A stretch of DNA of 64,000 nucleotides from Octopus sinensis (taxonomy: Eukaryota): NCBI RefSeq assembly GCF_006345805.1, contig NC_043000.1, positions 434,001 through 498,000 on the forward strand. The letters run 5' to 3'. A model generated the notes under the pieces. It was not told where the DNA came from, did no database searches, and was given only the letters and a program-made list of their open reading frames with translations. This document shows, piece after piece, positions 11,701 through 23,697 of this stretch; the stretch's first letter is position 1; each line of letters opens with the position of its first letter. The translations under genes and the position numbers were made by a program.

Positions 11701-11894
11701 CGTATATAAAGTGTGTGCATGTGTGTCTGTGTGTGTTCGTGTGAGTGTATAAGTATACACACAGTTTTCCCCTGTAAATGATGGTTCGGTTGCGATCGCT
11801 AAGTGAAATTCGGTGAGAAATTACTGCGAAGAGAGACAGAACTTTTTATGTTAGAAAATGAAGTTTAGTTACAACAATGGTGAAGATGTTCAGG

Positions 11895-11939
11895 ACGACG
11901 ACGACGACGACGATGATGATGATGATGATGATGATGATA

Positions 11940-11977
<38 letters not shown>

Positions 11978-12712
11978 GAAGAAGAAGAAGAAGAAGAAAT
12001 GGGTTTTCTTGGGGAGGGGGAAATTGTGGAGGAATGTTATCTTTCCAGTGCTTGGGTGACAGTGGATATGTCGATTCCTTTGGAGGCAGCGAAAGATGAC
12101 GGCGATAAGGTTCTACATACGACATTGGTGTGTCTGCTAGGGTAAAGGGAGTTGTCTTCTCTATCGTTAATTCTTAGCAGCATACCCCATCATCGCCATC
12201 ATCGCCATCATCGCCATCATCATCGCCATCGCTATCATCATCGCCATCATCATCGCCATCGCTATCATCATCGCCATCATCACCACCAGCACCGTCACAA
12301 TCACACTCTGGTGTTACTATTATCATCATTACGATCATCGTTATCATTCCGTTCGCAGCCATTTTTAAACAAGAAAATCCCATCAAAGTCAAAATTATAA
12401 ATAAATAAATAGATAAATAAATAAATAAATGCTACCGTCACACCATTGGTGTAACAAAACAATATTTCGTCCTCTTCAGCCTCCTGCTTATCACTATTGT
12501 CATCGTCGTTGTCGTCGTCGTCGTCGTGGAGATCATCATCGCTGTCGTCGTTAATGATATCGTCCTCAAACCTCCACCGCTACCGCCACCATCACCCCTG
12601 TCACCATCCCTACCACCACCACCAACACCATCATCTGCATCACCATCATCATCAACATCATCATCCTCACCACCACCACCACCACCACCACCACCACCAC
12701 CACCACCACCAT
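11895..12712. repeat. Compound trinucleotide repeats (GAC/GAT/AAT/AAG; CAT/CGC/CAC)
   Basis: Direct inspection. Generates spurious poly-His/poly-Pro ORFs. Confidence 0.9.
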
Positions 12713-12738
12713 TAGTTACGCTCTGTCAGTGTACCAAT

Positions 12739-13140
12739 ACTCTTTTTACTTGTTTCAGTCATTTTTTTACTGTGGCCATGCTGGAGTACCGCCTTTAGTC
12801 GAGCAAATCGACCCCAGGACTTACCCTTTGTAAGCCTAGTATTTGTTTTATCGGTCGCTTTTGCCGAACCGCTAAGTTACGAGAACGTAAACACACCAGC
12901 ATCGGTTTGAAGCGATGTTGAGGGGACAAACACAGACACACAAACATATAAACACACATAGACACATATATATACATATATACGATAGGCTTCTTTCGGT
13001 TTCCGTCTACCAAATACACTCACAAGGCTTGGGTCGGCCCGAGGCTATAGTAGAAGAGACTTAACAAAGGTGCCACGCAGTGGGACTGAACCCAGAACCA
13101 TTTGGTTCGTAAGCAAGCTATTTACCACACAGCCACTCCT
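12739..13140 (-). mobile_element. SINE B, full length
   Basis: Reverse complement of the family consensus from head (aggagtggctgtgtgg) to tail. Confidence 0.9.
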
Positions 13141-13310
13141 ACTAACCAGAACAACATGCCGAGGAGAACTCAGTATATCTAGTGAGATATTTTTCTACCC
13201 CCAGACATTTGAAGTGACACAGCCTAGCCTGATTAACGTAACATGAAACAGATGCAAGATGGGTCGAAACGAACGTCGTACCGAATATAGATTCGTATTA
13301 GAAAAATCCT

Positions 13311-13380
<70 letters not shown>

Positions 13381-13382
13381 TG

Positions 13383-13415
<33 letters not shown>

Positions 13416-13458
13416 TATATATATATGTATTTCTGTTTGTGTATATGTATATATATAT

Positions 13459-13597
13459 AACGGGAAGCTTTATGAAAATAGACAAAAGACGAAGGCAGGT
13501 GGGAAACACACAAACAATTGTATTAGTATGGCGCTCAGGAAATATAAATAAAACAAGTCTTTAACGTTTCGAGCCTACGCTCTTCAACAGAAAGATG
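13459..13597 (-). mobile_element. Hammerhead-bearing short element (family H1; Penelope pseudo-LTR-like) in (TA)n
   Basis: Homologous to 38908-39107 and 55310-55420. Minus motif tcttt-CTGTTGA-A-GAGC-GTAG-GCTC-GAAAC-GTT^aaaga. Confidence 0.6.
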
Positions 13598-13778
13598 AGC
13601 ATACATACATACATGCATGCCCTTATATGTTAGGCGTGTGTGAGGATATATATTTCTATATACATATGTACCTCAAAACATCGAATCATTTGCCAAACAA
13701 TAGCAACTTTATAATTACGTGAGAAAATTTCCCAGCATTGCCAAAATACATTCCAAGAATATATTTGAATGTGTGTAA

Positions 13779-13825
<47 letters not shown>

Positions 13826-13947
13826 ATATATATACATACGTACATACATACACACATACATTTGAATATTATATATATATTATATATATATATAGTATTC
13901 AAATGTATGTGCGTGAGTGAATGTGAGAGTATATATATATATATACG

Positions 13948-14006
<59 letters not shown>

Positions 14007-14395
14007 GTGCGTGTGTGAGTGTGTGTGGTAGTGTATGCGTGTTGATTTAGTCTATGCGTGTGTGTGTGTCAGTCGAACCTCAAGGAAAATGCAATATTTC
14101 TGTAGATTCTCACCGTTCAGAAGAATTCACAATTCTTGCGACTCAGCTCCATGAATGGCCTTATGTAGAACAATAGGAACTTGAATTGTCAGTCATTTTG
14201 ATTTGGAAAATTGACCTGAATACCGTACTGAAACGTCTGTGAATATCTTGCTGAAATGATGACTTAGCAGTGCAATAAATTGTCGTCTCACAAAATATTA
14301 TTTTATGATTCTTACTGTCGTCTGCATCTCTTTACAGTTATCATCTGTTGATTAACTCTAGTATCAACGAAGTAAAACTCACACGCTATGTATAT

Positions 14396-14825
14396 ATGGA
14401 ATATGCATGAAATTTGGATGCGTGATGAACGTTCACGCAACAGATTATACCGTCAATTTAATGAGAGCCCAAAGTAAAATAAAAAAACCGATATCGAACA
14501 TATATATGATTTAGGTAGACACATTACAGACTTAAAAAACTAGCAAAGGATTGCAAATTATGGAAATTGATATGGTTCAACGGAATAAAAAAGGTTTTGA
14601 ATTTTCAGGGTTAGTTAAGATAGCAGAAAATAGGGAATAGTGAAAATTCAAATTCCACTTGTCACCCGGTTGCTTGGATCATGCTGTGATTTGTGAAAAT
14701 TGTGGTTTTGTTTATAATCTCTGAAGCCAGTTTGATGTCTCACTGTAAATGTATGCATTAGGTCATAAGGTAATTGGCTGAGCAGTTGGACCCTTATCTC
14801 ATGCTTCGAAATAAGACGAGTGAAT
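14396..14825 (+). repeat. 430-bp direct repeat, copy 1
   Basis: Near-identical to 15800-16231 (about 7 differences counted by eye). Confidence 0.95.
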
Positions 14826-15310
14826 AAATCCCATAAAAGTACGCGGTCATGTATTAAAATATGTAAAATATGCAAAATTATTTAGAAAATAGAATTAATA
14901 TAAACACTTTCGTTACAATGAAACAAAAAAGAAAGTTGTCCCATACTATAGGTTTCTGTATTAAATTGCAGCATCGTGGATTATTGGGAAAGAATTTATT
15001 CTGGAAACAAAAGTAGAACCGTATAACTTTCTATTTCATTTTATAACTTACTTTCTGATATACAAGTCAAAATTTTCAGATCAAAATTTACTGGCAAAAA
15101 TCATATAGGTCGACTTAAACAACAAGACGGCTTTGGAAAAGTAAGAATTCCAAGTGAACTACAGCAGGATTTCAAGAGATAGTGACAATGTTTGAATGCT
15201 TCCAATACATGTTCACACTATTCATTACGTCGACTTGCGTGCCGGAAAATACGGTAGATCTGAGACCTGGACTCGATATACGTTATTTGTGGTGCAATTA
15301 GGTACGTGAA

Positions 15311-15632
15311 GGCGCATGGCTTAGTGGTTAGGAGCATTCGGCTCATGATCGTAAAGTCGTGAGTTCAATTCCCGGCGGCGCGTTGTGTCCTTGAGCAAGA
15401 CACTTTATTTCACGTTGCTCCAGTCCACTCAGCTGGCAAAAATGAGTTGTACCTGTATTTCAAAGGGCCAGCCTTGTCACACTCTGTGTCACGCTGAATC
15501 TCCCCAAGAACTACGTATTAAGGGTACACGTGTTTGTGGAGTGCTCAGCCACTTGCACGTTAATTTCACGAGCAAGTTGTTCCGTTGATCGTAACAACTG
15601 GGACCCTCGTCGTCGCAACTGACGGAGTGCTC
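15311..15632 (+). mobile_element. SINE A-related element with CORE-like central segment
   Basis: tRNA head ggcgcatggcttagtggttagg...gagttcaattccc, then gtccttgagcaagacactttatttcacgttgctccagtccactcagctgg, then the SINE A 3' half. Confidence 0.85.
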
Positions 15633-15649
15633 TTTTACGGGGATGTAAA

Positions 15650-15757
15650 TAGCTCAACACCGACCATGAGTCGGTGGGAAGGTTGTTTGTCGTTTCAACA
15701 AGTAGCTCAACACCGACCATGAGTCGGTGGGAAGATTGTTTGTCGTTTCAACGAGTA
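15650..15757. repeat. 53-bp tandem duplication containing a 7-bp hairpin
   Basis: tagctcaa-caccgac-catga-gtcggtg-ggaag(g/a)ttgtttgtcgtttcaac x2 (starts 15650, 15703). Confidence 0.9.
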
Positions 15758-15799
15758 GGGCATTCCACGTAAGGAAGCTCTTATCCGGTAACAATTAGG

Positions 15800-16231
15800 A
15801 TGGAATATGCATGAAATTTGGATGCGTGATGAACGTTCACGCAACAGATTATACCGTCAATTTTATGAGAGCCCAAAGTAAAATAAAAAAAAACGATATC
15901 GAACATATATATGATTTAGGTAGACACATTACAGCCTTCAAAAAACTAGCAAAGGATTGCAAATTATGGAAATTGATATGGTTCAACGGAATAAAAAAGG
16001 TTTTGAATTTTCAGGGTTAGTTAAGATAGCAGAAAATAGGGAATAGTGAAAATTCAAATTCCACTTATCACCCGGTTGCTCGGATCATGCTGTGATTTGT
16101 GAAAATTGTGGTTTTGTTTATAATCTCTGAAGCCAGTTTGATGTCTCACTGTAAATGTATGCATTAGGTCATAAGGTAATTGGCTGAGCAGTTGGACCCT
16201 TATCTCATGCTTCGAAATAAGACGAGTGAAT
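15800..16231 (+). repeat. 430-bp direct repeat, copy 2
   Basis: Near-identical to 14396-14825. Confidence 0.95.
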
Positions 16232-16618
16232 TCTTATTCATATGTACGTAAGTGCGTTTGTGTGCGTGTGTGTGTGTGTGTGTTTAATAAGTATATGTTT
16301 GCTTCTATGTAGGTATGCATACAGACACATATATGAGACAATAAACCTCGTGTGTGTGTGTGCATGTGTATGTGTGTAAAAAAGTTTATGTGTGTATATA
16401 TATTTATATTATATATATATGCATATATGTGTGTGTATACATATGCACGTATGTTTATGTATATATACATATGTCAAATATGTAAATATATTCATAGGTA
16501 TAAATATATACATACGTAAATACGTATTTATATACACATATCTATCTATATATATATATATGTATACGAATATGCATATACATACACACACATATATATA
16601 TATATAAATGAGCATAGG

Positions 16619-16667
<49 letters not shown>

Positions 16668-17180
16668 ATATATTTATATATCATACGTATATGTATGATT
16701 ATACGTATGTAAACATGTATAAATGTATGTATGCATGCATGCATGTATGTATGTATGTACGTAAGGACACACAGGCACACACAAACACACCCTTATACAT
16801 ATACTGTGTGGTCTTGGAAAATGTATACATAAGTTGTGAAATGTACTGTGTGGTATATATATATATATATATTGTTGTATCAATGGTGCATAATTAATAT
16901 ATCGTATGTTTATAGTGAGCTGTTTGGTAAGGGAGGAGTAAAAGCTTTATCACTGGTTAAAGATGGTGTTACCACCGAGTTTCACTGGTATGGATAAGAG
17001 ATAATTACCATTCCTGATGTATTTATAATACTCATGTCGACCATATATACGCACGTACATACACAGGCGCACGGAAAAACATACAATCATATACCAATAC
17101 ACACACACACATATATGTGTGTGTGTATATATAATATATATATATATATATATATTAATATATATATATATATATATATA

Positions 17181-17977
17181 CTCTTTTTACTCAATTACTC
17201 TTTTACTGTGTTTCAGTCATTTGACTGTGGCCAAGCTGGAGCCCCGCCTTTAGTCGAGCAAGTCGACTCCGGGACTTATTCTTTGTAAGCCTGGTCCTTA
17301 TTCTATCGGTCTCTTTTGCCGAACCGCTAAGTGACGGGCACATAAATACACCAGCATCGGTTGTGAAGCAATGCTAGGGGGACAAACACAGACACACACA
17401 CATATATATATATACATATATACGACGGGCTTCTTTCAGTTTCCGTCTACCAAATCCACTCACAAGGCATTGGTCGGCCCGGGGCTATAGCAGAAGACAC
17501 TTGCCCAAGATGCCACGCAGTGGGATTGAACCCGGAACCATGTGGTTGGTTAGCAAGCTACTTACCACACAGCCACTCCTGCGCCTATATATATATACTC
17601 TTTTTACTCTATTACTCTTTTACTTGTTTCAGTCATTTGACTGTGGCCATGCTGGAGCCCCGCCTTTAGTCGAGCAAGTCGACTCCAGGACTTATTCTTT
17701 GTAAGCCTGGCCCTTATTCTATTGGTCTCTTTTGCCGAACCAATAAGTTACGGGGACGAAAACACGCCAGCATCGGTTGTCAAGCAATGTTGGGGGTGGG
17801 GGGACAAACGCAGACACACAAACATATACACACATACATGAGATGGTGTTGTGGATTTCCACTTCGGCATCTGAAAGTCAGAGTTTTATCTTGGTAACAT
17901 ATTACTTTACAGATAAATTTCCTCTATTTACATAATATTGAGGTCTCTTTCTTTCTTTTGTAATCTTATCGTTTTTA

Positions 17978-18022
<45 letters not shown>

Positions 18023-18186
18023 GACGGGATTCTTTCAGTTTTCGTATACCAAATCCACTCACAAGGCTTCGGTCGCCCCGAGGGTATAGTAGAAGACACT
18101 TGCCCAAGGTGTAACGTAGTGGGACTTAACCCGGAACCATGTGGTTGGTAAGCAAGCAACTTACCACACAGCCACTCCTACGCCTA
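17181..18186 (-). mobile_element. Two head-to-tail SINE B copies; the second is interrupted at its internal microsatellite by an unrelated ~140-bp segment (17840-17981)
   Basis: Copy 1 at 17181-17586. Copy 2 has its 3' half at 17597-17835 and its 5' half at 18000-18186. Confidence 0.88.
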
Positions 18187-18614
18187 TATATATATATATA
18201 ATCTTCTCTATATATAAAACTGAAATGCGTTTTTACCGCTTGGATCGCTTTCAATGCCACTACATCCCGTCCGATTCGCTCCAAAATTTACAGGGACATG
18301 CAGAATGAGGTGACGATGCGCGTGGGCTACATTAGAAATCCCTATCTTAAAAGGTGTGGTTGCAAGGGGCCATCTTCCTCACTCATCCTATTTCCTCCTT
18401 TCCCTCTCTTACTCCCCTTCATAACTTTCAGAATGCCACTACGGTTATTTAAAGTATCTGTCACTATCGCTATTTCCTTTCTTTTTCACTGACTCTGTTT
18501 CCTACCTTCCTATCACTTCGGCGACGTTCTTTTAAGTATATGTCTGTCACCAACAAACAACACACGAGCATGAGAACAAATATTATGAATCAGATATTCT
18601 TGCGTTCATTTATA

Positions 18615-18850
18615 TGTGTGTGTGTGTGTTCTATATATAAATATGTATATATAATGTATGTGTGTGTGTGTGTGTGTTCTATATATAAATATGTATATAT
18701 AATGTATGTGTGTGTGTGTGTGGTGTGTTAATATATAAATATGTATATATAATGTATGTGTGTGGTGTGTGTGGTGTTCTATATATAAATATGTATATAT
18801 AATGTATGTTGTGTGTGTGTGTGTTCTATATATAAATATGTATATATATG
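18615..18850. repeat. ~40-bp minisatellite (gtgtgtgtgttctatatataaatatgtatatataatgtat)n
   Basis: About 5-6 imperfect tandem copies visible. Confidence 0.85.
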
Positions 18851-19002
18851 TATATATACAAAGTGCATATATCTGTATTTATGTATATTAAACTTTTTCA
18901 TACTTTTTCATAGTTATATATATTTTTTAACAAATTATAAATATAATTTAATAATTTTCATTTTCAATTTAAATAACTTAAAGTTTTCAATTTTATATTT
19001 TA

Positions 19003-19902
19003 CTAGCAGTATCGCCCGGCGTTGCTCGGGTTTGTAAGGGAAATAACTATATAAGCATTTTTAGTGAGTTATAGCAAAAAAATAGCAAAAAATGCATTAA
19101 AAATGGAATAAAAAATGATGGTAATTTTTTTTTTAATCGTTGACTCATCGTAGACATTTTTAGAGAGTTACTTCCCTTATATAATAGCGAAAATGCATTA
19201 AAATGGAATAAAAAATGATGGTAATTTTTTTTTAAATCGTAGACTCATCGTAGACGCGCGCTAATACCCAGAAGGGCTCGATATGAATCACGACTATAAG
19301 ATACCCGGTTTTGGTTACACTGCACCGCAAAATGTGGGAGTAGTTAGGAATCTAAATCGTAGGAGACAGACACACAACCTTACTTTTATATATAAAGATT
19401 TGTGCATTCGGTTGTGCAAATTGTTTGCACAGGAAACCTGCCCTGTGTGGCGGTTTTTGCCGTTTTTGTGGATCTGTTTCAGCTTTTTTAGCCATTTCTG
19501 TTTTGGCGACTTCAAGCCATGAAGTCGTTGTTCTAAAATAACGCTGGTCTCCTTGACAACGCATTACGACGTTGATTTCCTTACACTCCCTTCACCACAG
19601 CTTCACGAGGGAGGGAAGAAGGGGGAGAAGCAACACAGGTGCAGGCGTGAGCGTGGACGCCAACTCCGCCGCCATCGACACACGAAAAAATATGCATTAA
19701 AATGGAATAAAAAATGATGTTAAATTATTTTTAAAATCGTAGACTCATCGTAGACGCGCGCTAATACCCAGACGGGCTTGATATGAATCACGACTATAAG
19801 ATACCCGAATTTGGTTAAACTGCACTGCAAAATGTGGGAGTAGTTAGGAATCTAAATCGAAGGGGACAGACACTCACACAACTACAGTTTTATATATATA
19901 GA
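19003..19902 (-). mobile_element. Composite non-autonomous Helitron with two 5' ends and one 3' end
   Basis: Outer A|TCTATATATATAAAACTGTAG at 19902. Inner A|TCTTTATATATAAAAGTAAGG at 19398. 3' hairpin CCCGAGCAACGCCGGG then CTAG|T ending at 19003. Confidence 0.85.
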
Positions 19903-20062
19903 TATATTTTCTATGTTATATTTTCTTTTTTTATGTTTTTGTTTTTGTTTTTTCACTGTTTGATTTGCCTATTAGTGGCTTTATCTCTAATTTAATGTAT
20001 ACAGATATATATCTCATTTGTATACATTTGTATATATAATGCGTGCACACACACACACACAC

Positions 20063-20097
<35 letters not shown>

Positions 20098-20920
20098 ATA
20101 TATATAATGTGTGCATTACGTAGTCGGTCGATTCAGCTGAAAATATGCACACCTATGTTAAAGGTGCTGACAAGTTTGCATGACAACTATTTTTTTCCTC
20201 AAATGAAAGGCGTCACCTCTAGGACAAAATTCCTCATCTTATAAAATGTGGCTCCAGTAGACCCGAATGAAATCGGGTTATATTAACCAAAATGTGAAAA
20301 GGGGTCTAAATGGGGCTGGAAGGGGATTAAAATTTAAAGGAGCGGGTGTTTAGGAATTCTCTGTTACATCAAGCTAAAAAATTTGCGCCAACCTTTTAAT
20401 CGTCAATGTGTTGCCGTCCATGATAAAGAAGTTTTCAATGCTTGCCATGGTGAGTCTACTGTCGTGAGAAAGGATAACTTCAAAACTTGGTGTTTACGAA
20501 TTTTCTTTTACATCAAGTTCAAAATTTTACGCCAGCCATTAAACTGTCACTACGTTCCTGTCCGTCGTTAACAAATGCCAGCCATGGTGACTCTACTATC
20601 CTCAGATTCTATCCCTTCAAACTTTGGTTTCCAATATTTTATTATTTTTATTCAGCTCGCAAGTTTGTCTGTCCCTTTTAAATGTTAGCGTTTTGCTGTC
20701 TGCCTTCAAGCAGACCTTTCCATTGCCACTGCCTCATATTTCTGATTGATCTTTCTAAATATTTTATTTCTCAACTTACTCAAGATCTTCTGTTGTTCAT
20801 AAATGGGAGAGAGATAGATAAAGATAGAGAGTAAGAGAAAGCGAGGGAGAGTCCGAGAGGAAAGAAAAGTAAGAGAGTGGGAAAGTGAGAGAGAAAGGAG
20901 AGAGAAACAAATACGGAGAA

Positions 20921-21215
20921 TCATCATCATCGTTTAACGTCCGTTTTCCGTGCTAGCACGGGTTGGGCAGTGCGACCGGGGTCTCGGAAGCCAGGAGACT
21001 GCACCAGGCTCCAGTCTGATCTGGCAGTGTTTCTACAGGTGGATGAACTTCCTAACGCCAACCACTCTGTGAGTGTAGTGGGTGCTTTTTTCGTGCCGCC
21101 GGCACTGGTGCCAGGGGGGCTCGCAGTGGCAATAATCGGTTGGTGCTTTTTACGTGCCACCGGCACAGAAGCAAGTCAAGGCAGTGCTGCAATCGGCCAC
21201 GTTCGGATGGGGCTT
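20921..21215 (-). mobile_element. SINE-like element (family E) with (GAT)n tail
   Basis: Minus: ...ggttggcgttaggaagttcatccacctgtagaaacactgccagatcagactggagcc...ctagcacggaaaacggacgttaaacgatgatgatga. Confidence 0.65.
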
Positions 21216-21290
21216 TTTACTTGCTGAAGGAAGCAACAGAAAGTAAAAACCACACTCTTACCCGCGCGTAGAGCGGGTCACCTTCAGCTA

Positions 21291-21343
<53 letters not shown>

Positions 21344-21716
21344 TATATATATATATCGTTGCTATTATTTTAAGTTCTCGTATGTCTAACTTTGGCCAAA
21401 TACGTTTTTTTTCAATATTTACTTTTGCATGCAATAGCGGTTCTTTTGGTAAAACTTCGTATCTCCAGCAGTCAAGATATCAAAAATTGTCAAAAAGTCT
21501 GGTGCAATGGTTTTGCTACGGAATGGTGAAACTATTTTTTTCGTTTTCTGGAAAAAGCATCATTTTGGACTTACATTTTTGCATAATAGTTACGATATAT
21601 ATGTACACACACACGTGTGTGTATGTGTGTGTGTGTGTGTGTCTATATTAAGTAATGCATAAATATGTATATAGCTGTCTATAGTCCATCTGTACGTTTG
21701 TCTGTCTCTTTGGCGG

Positions 21717-21717
<1 letters not shown>

Positions 21718-21782
<65 letters not shown>

Positions 21783-21801
21783 ATCTATCATCAATCCATC
21801 C

Positions 21802-21843
<42 letters not shown>

Positions 21844-21876
21844 TTATCTATCTATCTATTATCTATCTATCTTATC

Positions 21877-21935
<59 letters not shown>

Positions 21936-21950
21936 TTATCTATCTATCTA
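21718..21950. repeat. (TATC)n microsatellite followed by CT-rich tract
   Basis: Direct inspection. Confidence 0.95.
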
Positions 21951-22491
21951 TCTGCTTGCCTATCTGTCTGCACAGCGGTCTCTCCGTCTATTTGTCTGTC
22001 TGCCTTCTTGTCTTTCTGTTTATACATTGTGTGTCTGTCTATCTAGGTAGCTTATCTGTCCTTTTCTTTCTCTTTCTCTCTCTCTCTCTCTCTCCCTCTC
22101 TCTCTGTGTCTATCTCTATCTCTTTAGATGTCTGTTTATCAATCTATCGCTTACGCTCTTTACCTCCTCACTCTGTATCTCTTTCTCTCTCCCTCCTGTC
22201 CCTCACTCTTCCGCCTCCCTATCTTCCCTCTCTATCTGTATATATGTAGAGAGAGAGAGAAAGAGAGAGATAGAGGGGGGAGAGAAAGAAAGAGATAGAG
22301 AGATAGATAGATGTTCATTTAACTATCTTCCTTTTATCTGTTTAAGCCTGAATTACACTCGATTTCTTGCAATTTTCTCTCCATGCTGCTCGCTCTCCTC
22401 TTTCTTTATCCCTCTTTCTCTTCACTCCCATCTCTCTCTATATATACGCACACACACTCACACACATATATATATAATTATATATGTATAT

Positions 22492-22725
22492 AAGGCGGCG
22501 AGCTGGCAGAAACGTTAGCACGCCGGGCGAAATGCGTAGCCGTATTTCGTCTGCCGTTAAGTGTTCTGGGTTCAAATTCCGCCGAGGTCGACTTTGCCTT
22601 TCATCCTTTCGGGGTCGATAAATTAAGTACCAGTTACGCACTGGGGTCGATGTAATCGACTTAATCCCTTTGACTGTCCTTGTTTGTCCCCTCTATGTTT
22701 AGCCCCTTGTGGGTAGCAAAGAAAT
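22492..22725 (+). mobile_element. SINE C, single-unit copy
   Basis: Head aaggcggcgagctggcagaaacgttagcacgccggg plus one unit ending gtagcaaagaaata. Confidence 0.9.
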
Positions 22726-22745
22726 ATATGTTATATATATATATA

Positions 22746-22800
<55 letters not shown>

Positions 22801-23237
22801 ATATAAATGTATACATATATATTTATGTATGTATGTATGTATATGATTACATCACATCACGGCGACACTAAAAAAAAATCTGCTTCTTGACAGGGTATAC
22901 CATATAGTACATTTACATTAACACAATTCATACAATGCTACGAAGGCATGTGAAATACATCTCATATAAAATAATGTTCTGTTTAAGATATTTATATGCG
23001 TGTGTGTGTGCTCGCGTCGGTTTCTGTGTGTGGAAGTGTATGTGCGTTTATGTGTGTTTATGTATGTATATTTGTAAATATGCGTACTATACGATCGTCT
23101 TGTCACTTTTCAAGTGTGATTTTCTCGTGTCAAATATTTTCCTGGACACAAACACGTGCGCGCGCGCACATATACACATACACGCACAATTCCCTCACAC
23201 CATATAAATATACATATATTTTTATTTGGATGTGTGT

Positions 23238-23417
23238 GTGGCTGTGTGGTAAGTGGCTTGCTTACCAATCACACGGTTCCGGGTTCAGTCCCACTGCGTG
23301 GCATGATGGGCAAATGTCTTCTGCTAGAGCCTCGGGCCGACTAAAGCCTTGCGATTGGGTTTGGTAGACGGAAACTGAAAGAAGCCTGTCGTATATACTT
23401 ATATATATATATATATG

Positions 23418-23460
<43 letters not shown>

Positions 23461-23695
23461 GTGTGTATGTGTGTGTGTGTGCGTCAGTGTCTGTGCCACC
23501 AACATCGCTTGACAACCGATGCTGATGTGTTTACTTCCCCTTAATCTAACAGTTCGGCAAGAGAGACGGACAGAATATGTGCTAGGCTTCCTTCCAAAGA
23601 ATAAGTCCTGGGGTCGATTTGCTCGACTAAAGGCGGTACTCCAGCATGACCGCAATCAAATGACTGAAACAAGTAAAAGAATAAAAGAATATATA
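23238..23695 (+). mobile_element. SINE B
   Basis: Family consensus from head to aagtaaaagaataaaagaa tail. Confidence 0.88.
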
Positions 23696-23697
23696 TA

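Larger units (their letters stand above)
18202..21291 (+). mobile_element. Putative non-autonomous Helitron (~3.1 kb) with nested insertions
   Basis: A|TCTTCTCTATATATAAAAC 5' end at 18202. 3' hairpin ACCCGC-gcgtaga-GCGGGT (21260-21278) followed by CTAG|T at 21288-21292. Pairing of these two ends as one element is inferred. Confidence 0.55.

Noticed and set aside
13225-13290. CTGATTA...GGTC-GAAAC-GAAC-GTC motif
   Set aside because: Core mismatch and no stem II partner; may be a very decayed family member but unsupported.
14211-14240. CTGAATA...GAAACGTC hammerhead-like string
   Set aside because: No stem II or stem I pairing.
14396-16231. LTR retrotransposon
   Set aside because: No TG...CA termini, PBS, PPT, TSD or gag/pol remnants; kept only as an unexplained duplication.
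16916-16987. 72-nt symmetric exon-like segment (ELFGKGGVKALSLVKDGVTTEFHW)
   Set aside because: Weak acceptor, and it shares agatggtgtt with the repeat at 17840, so it is probably repeat-derived.
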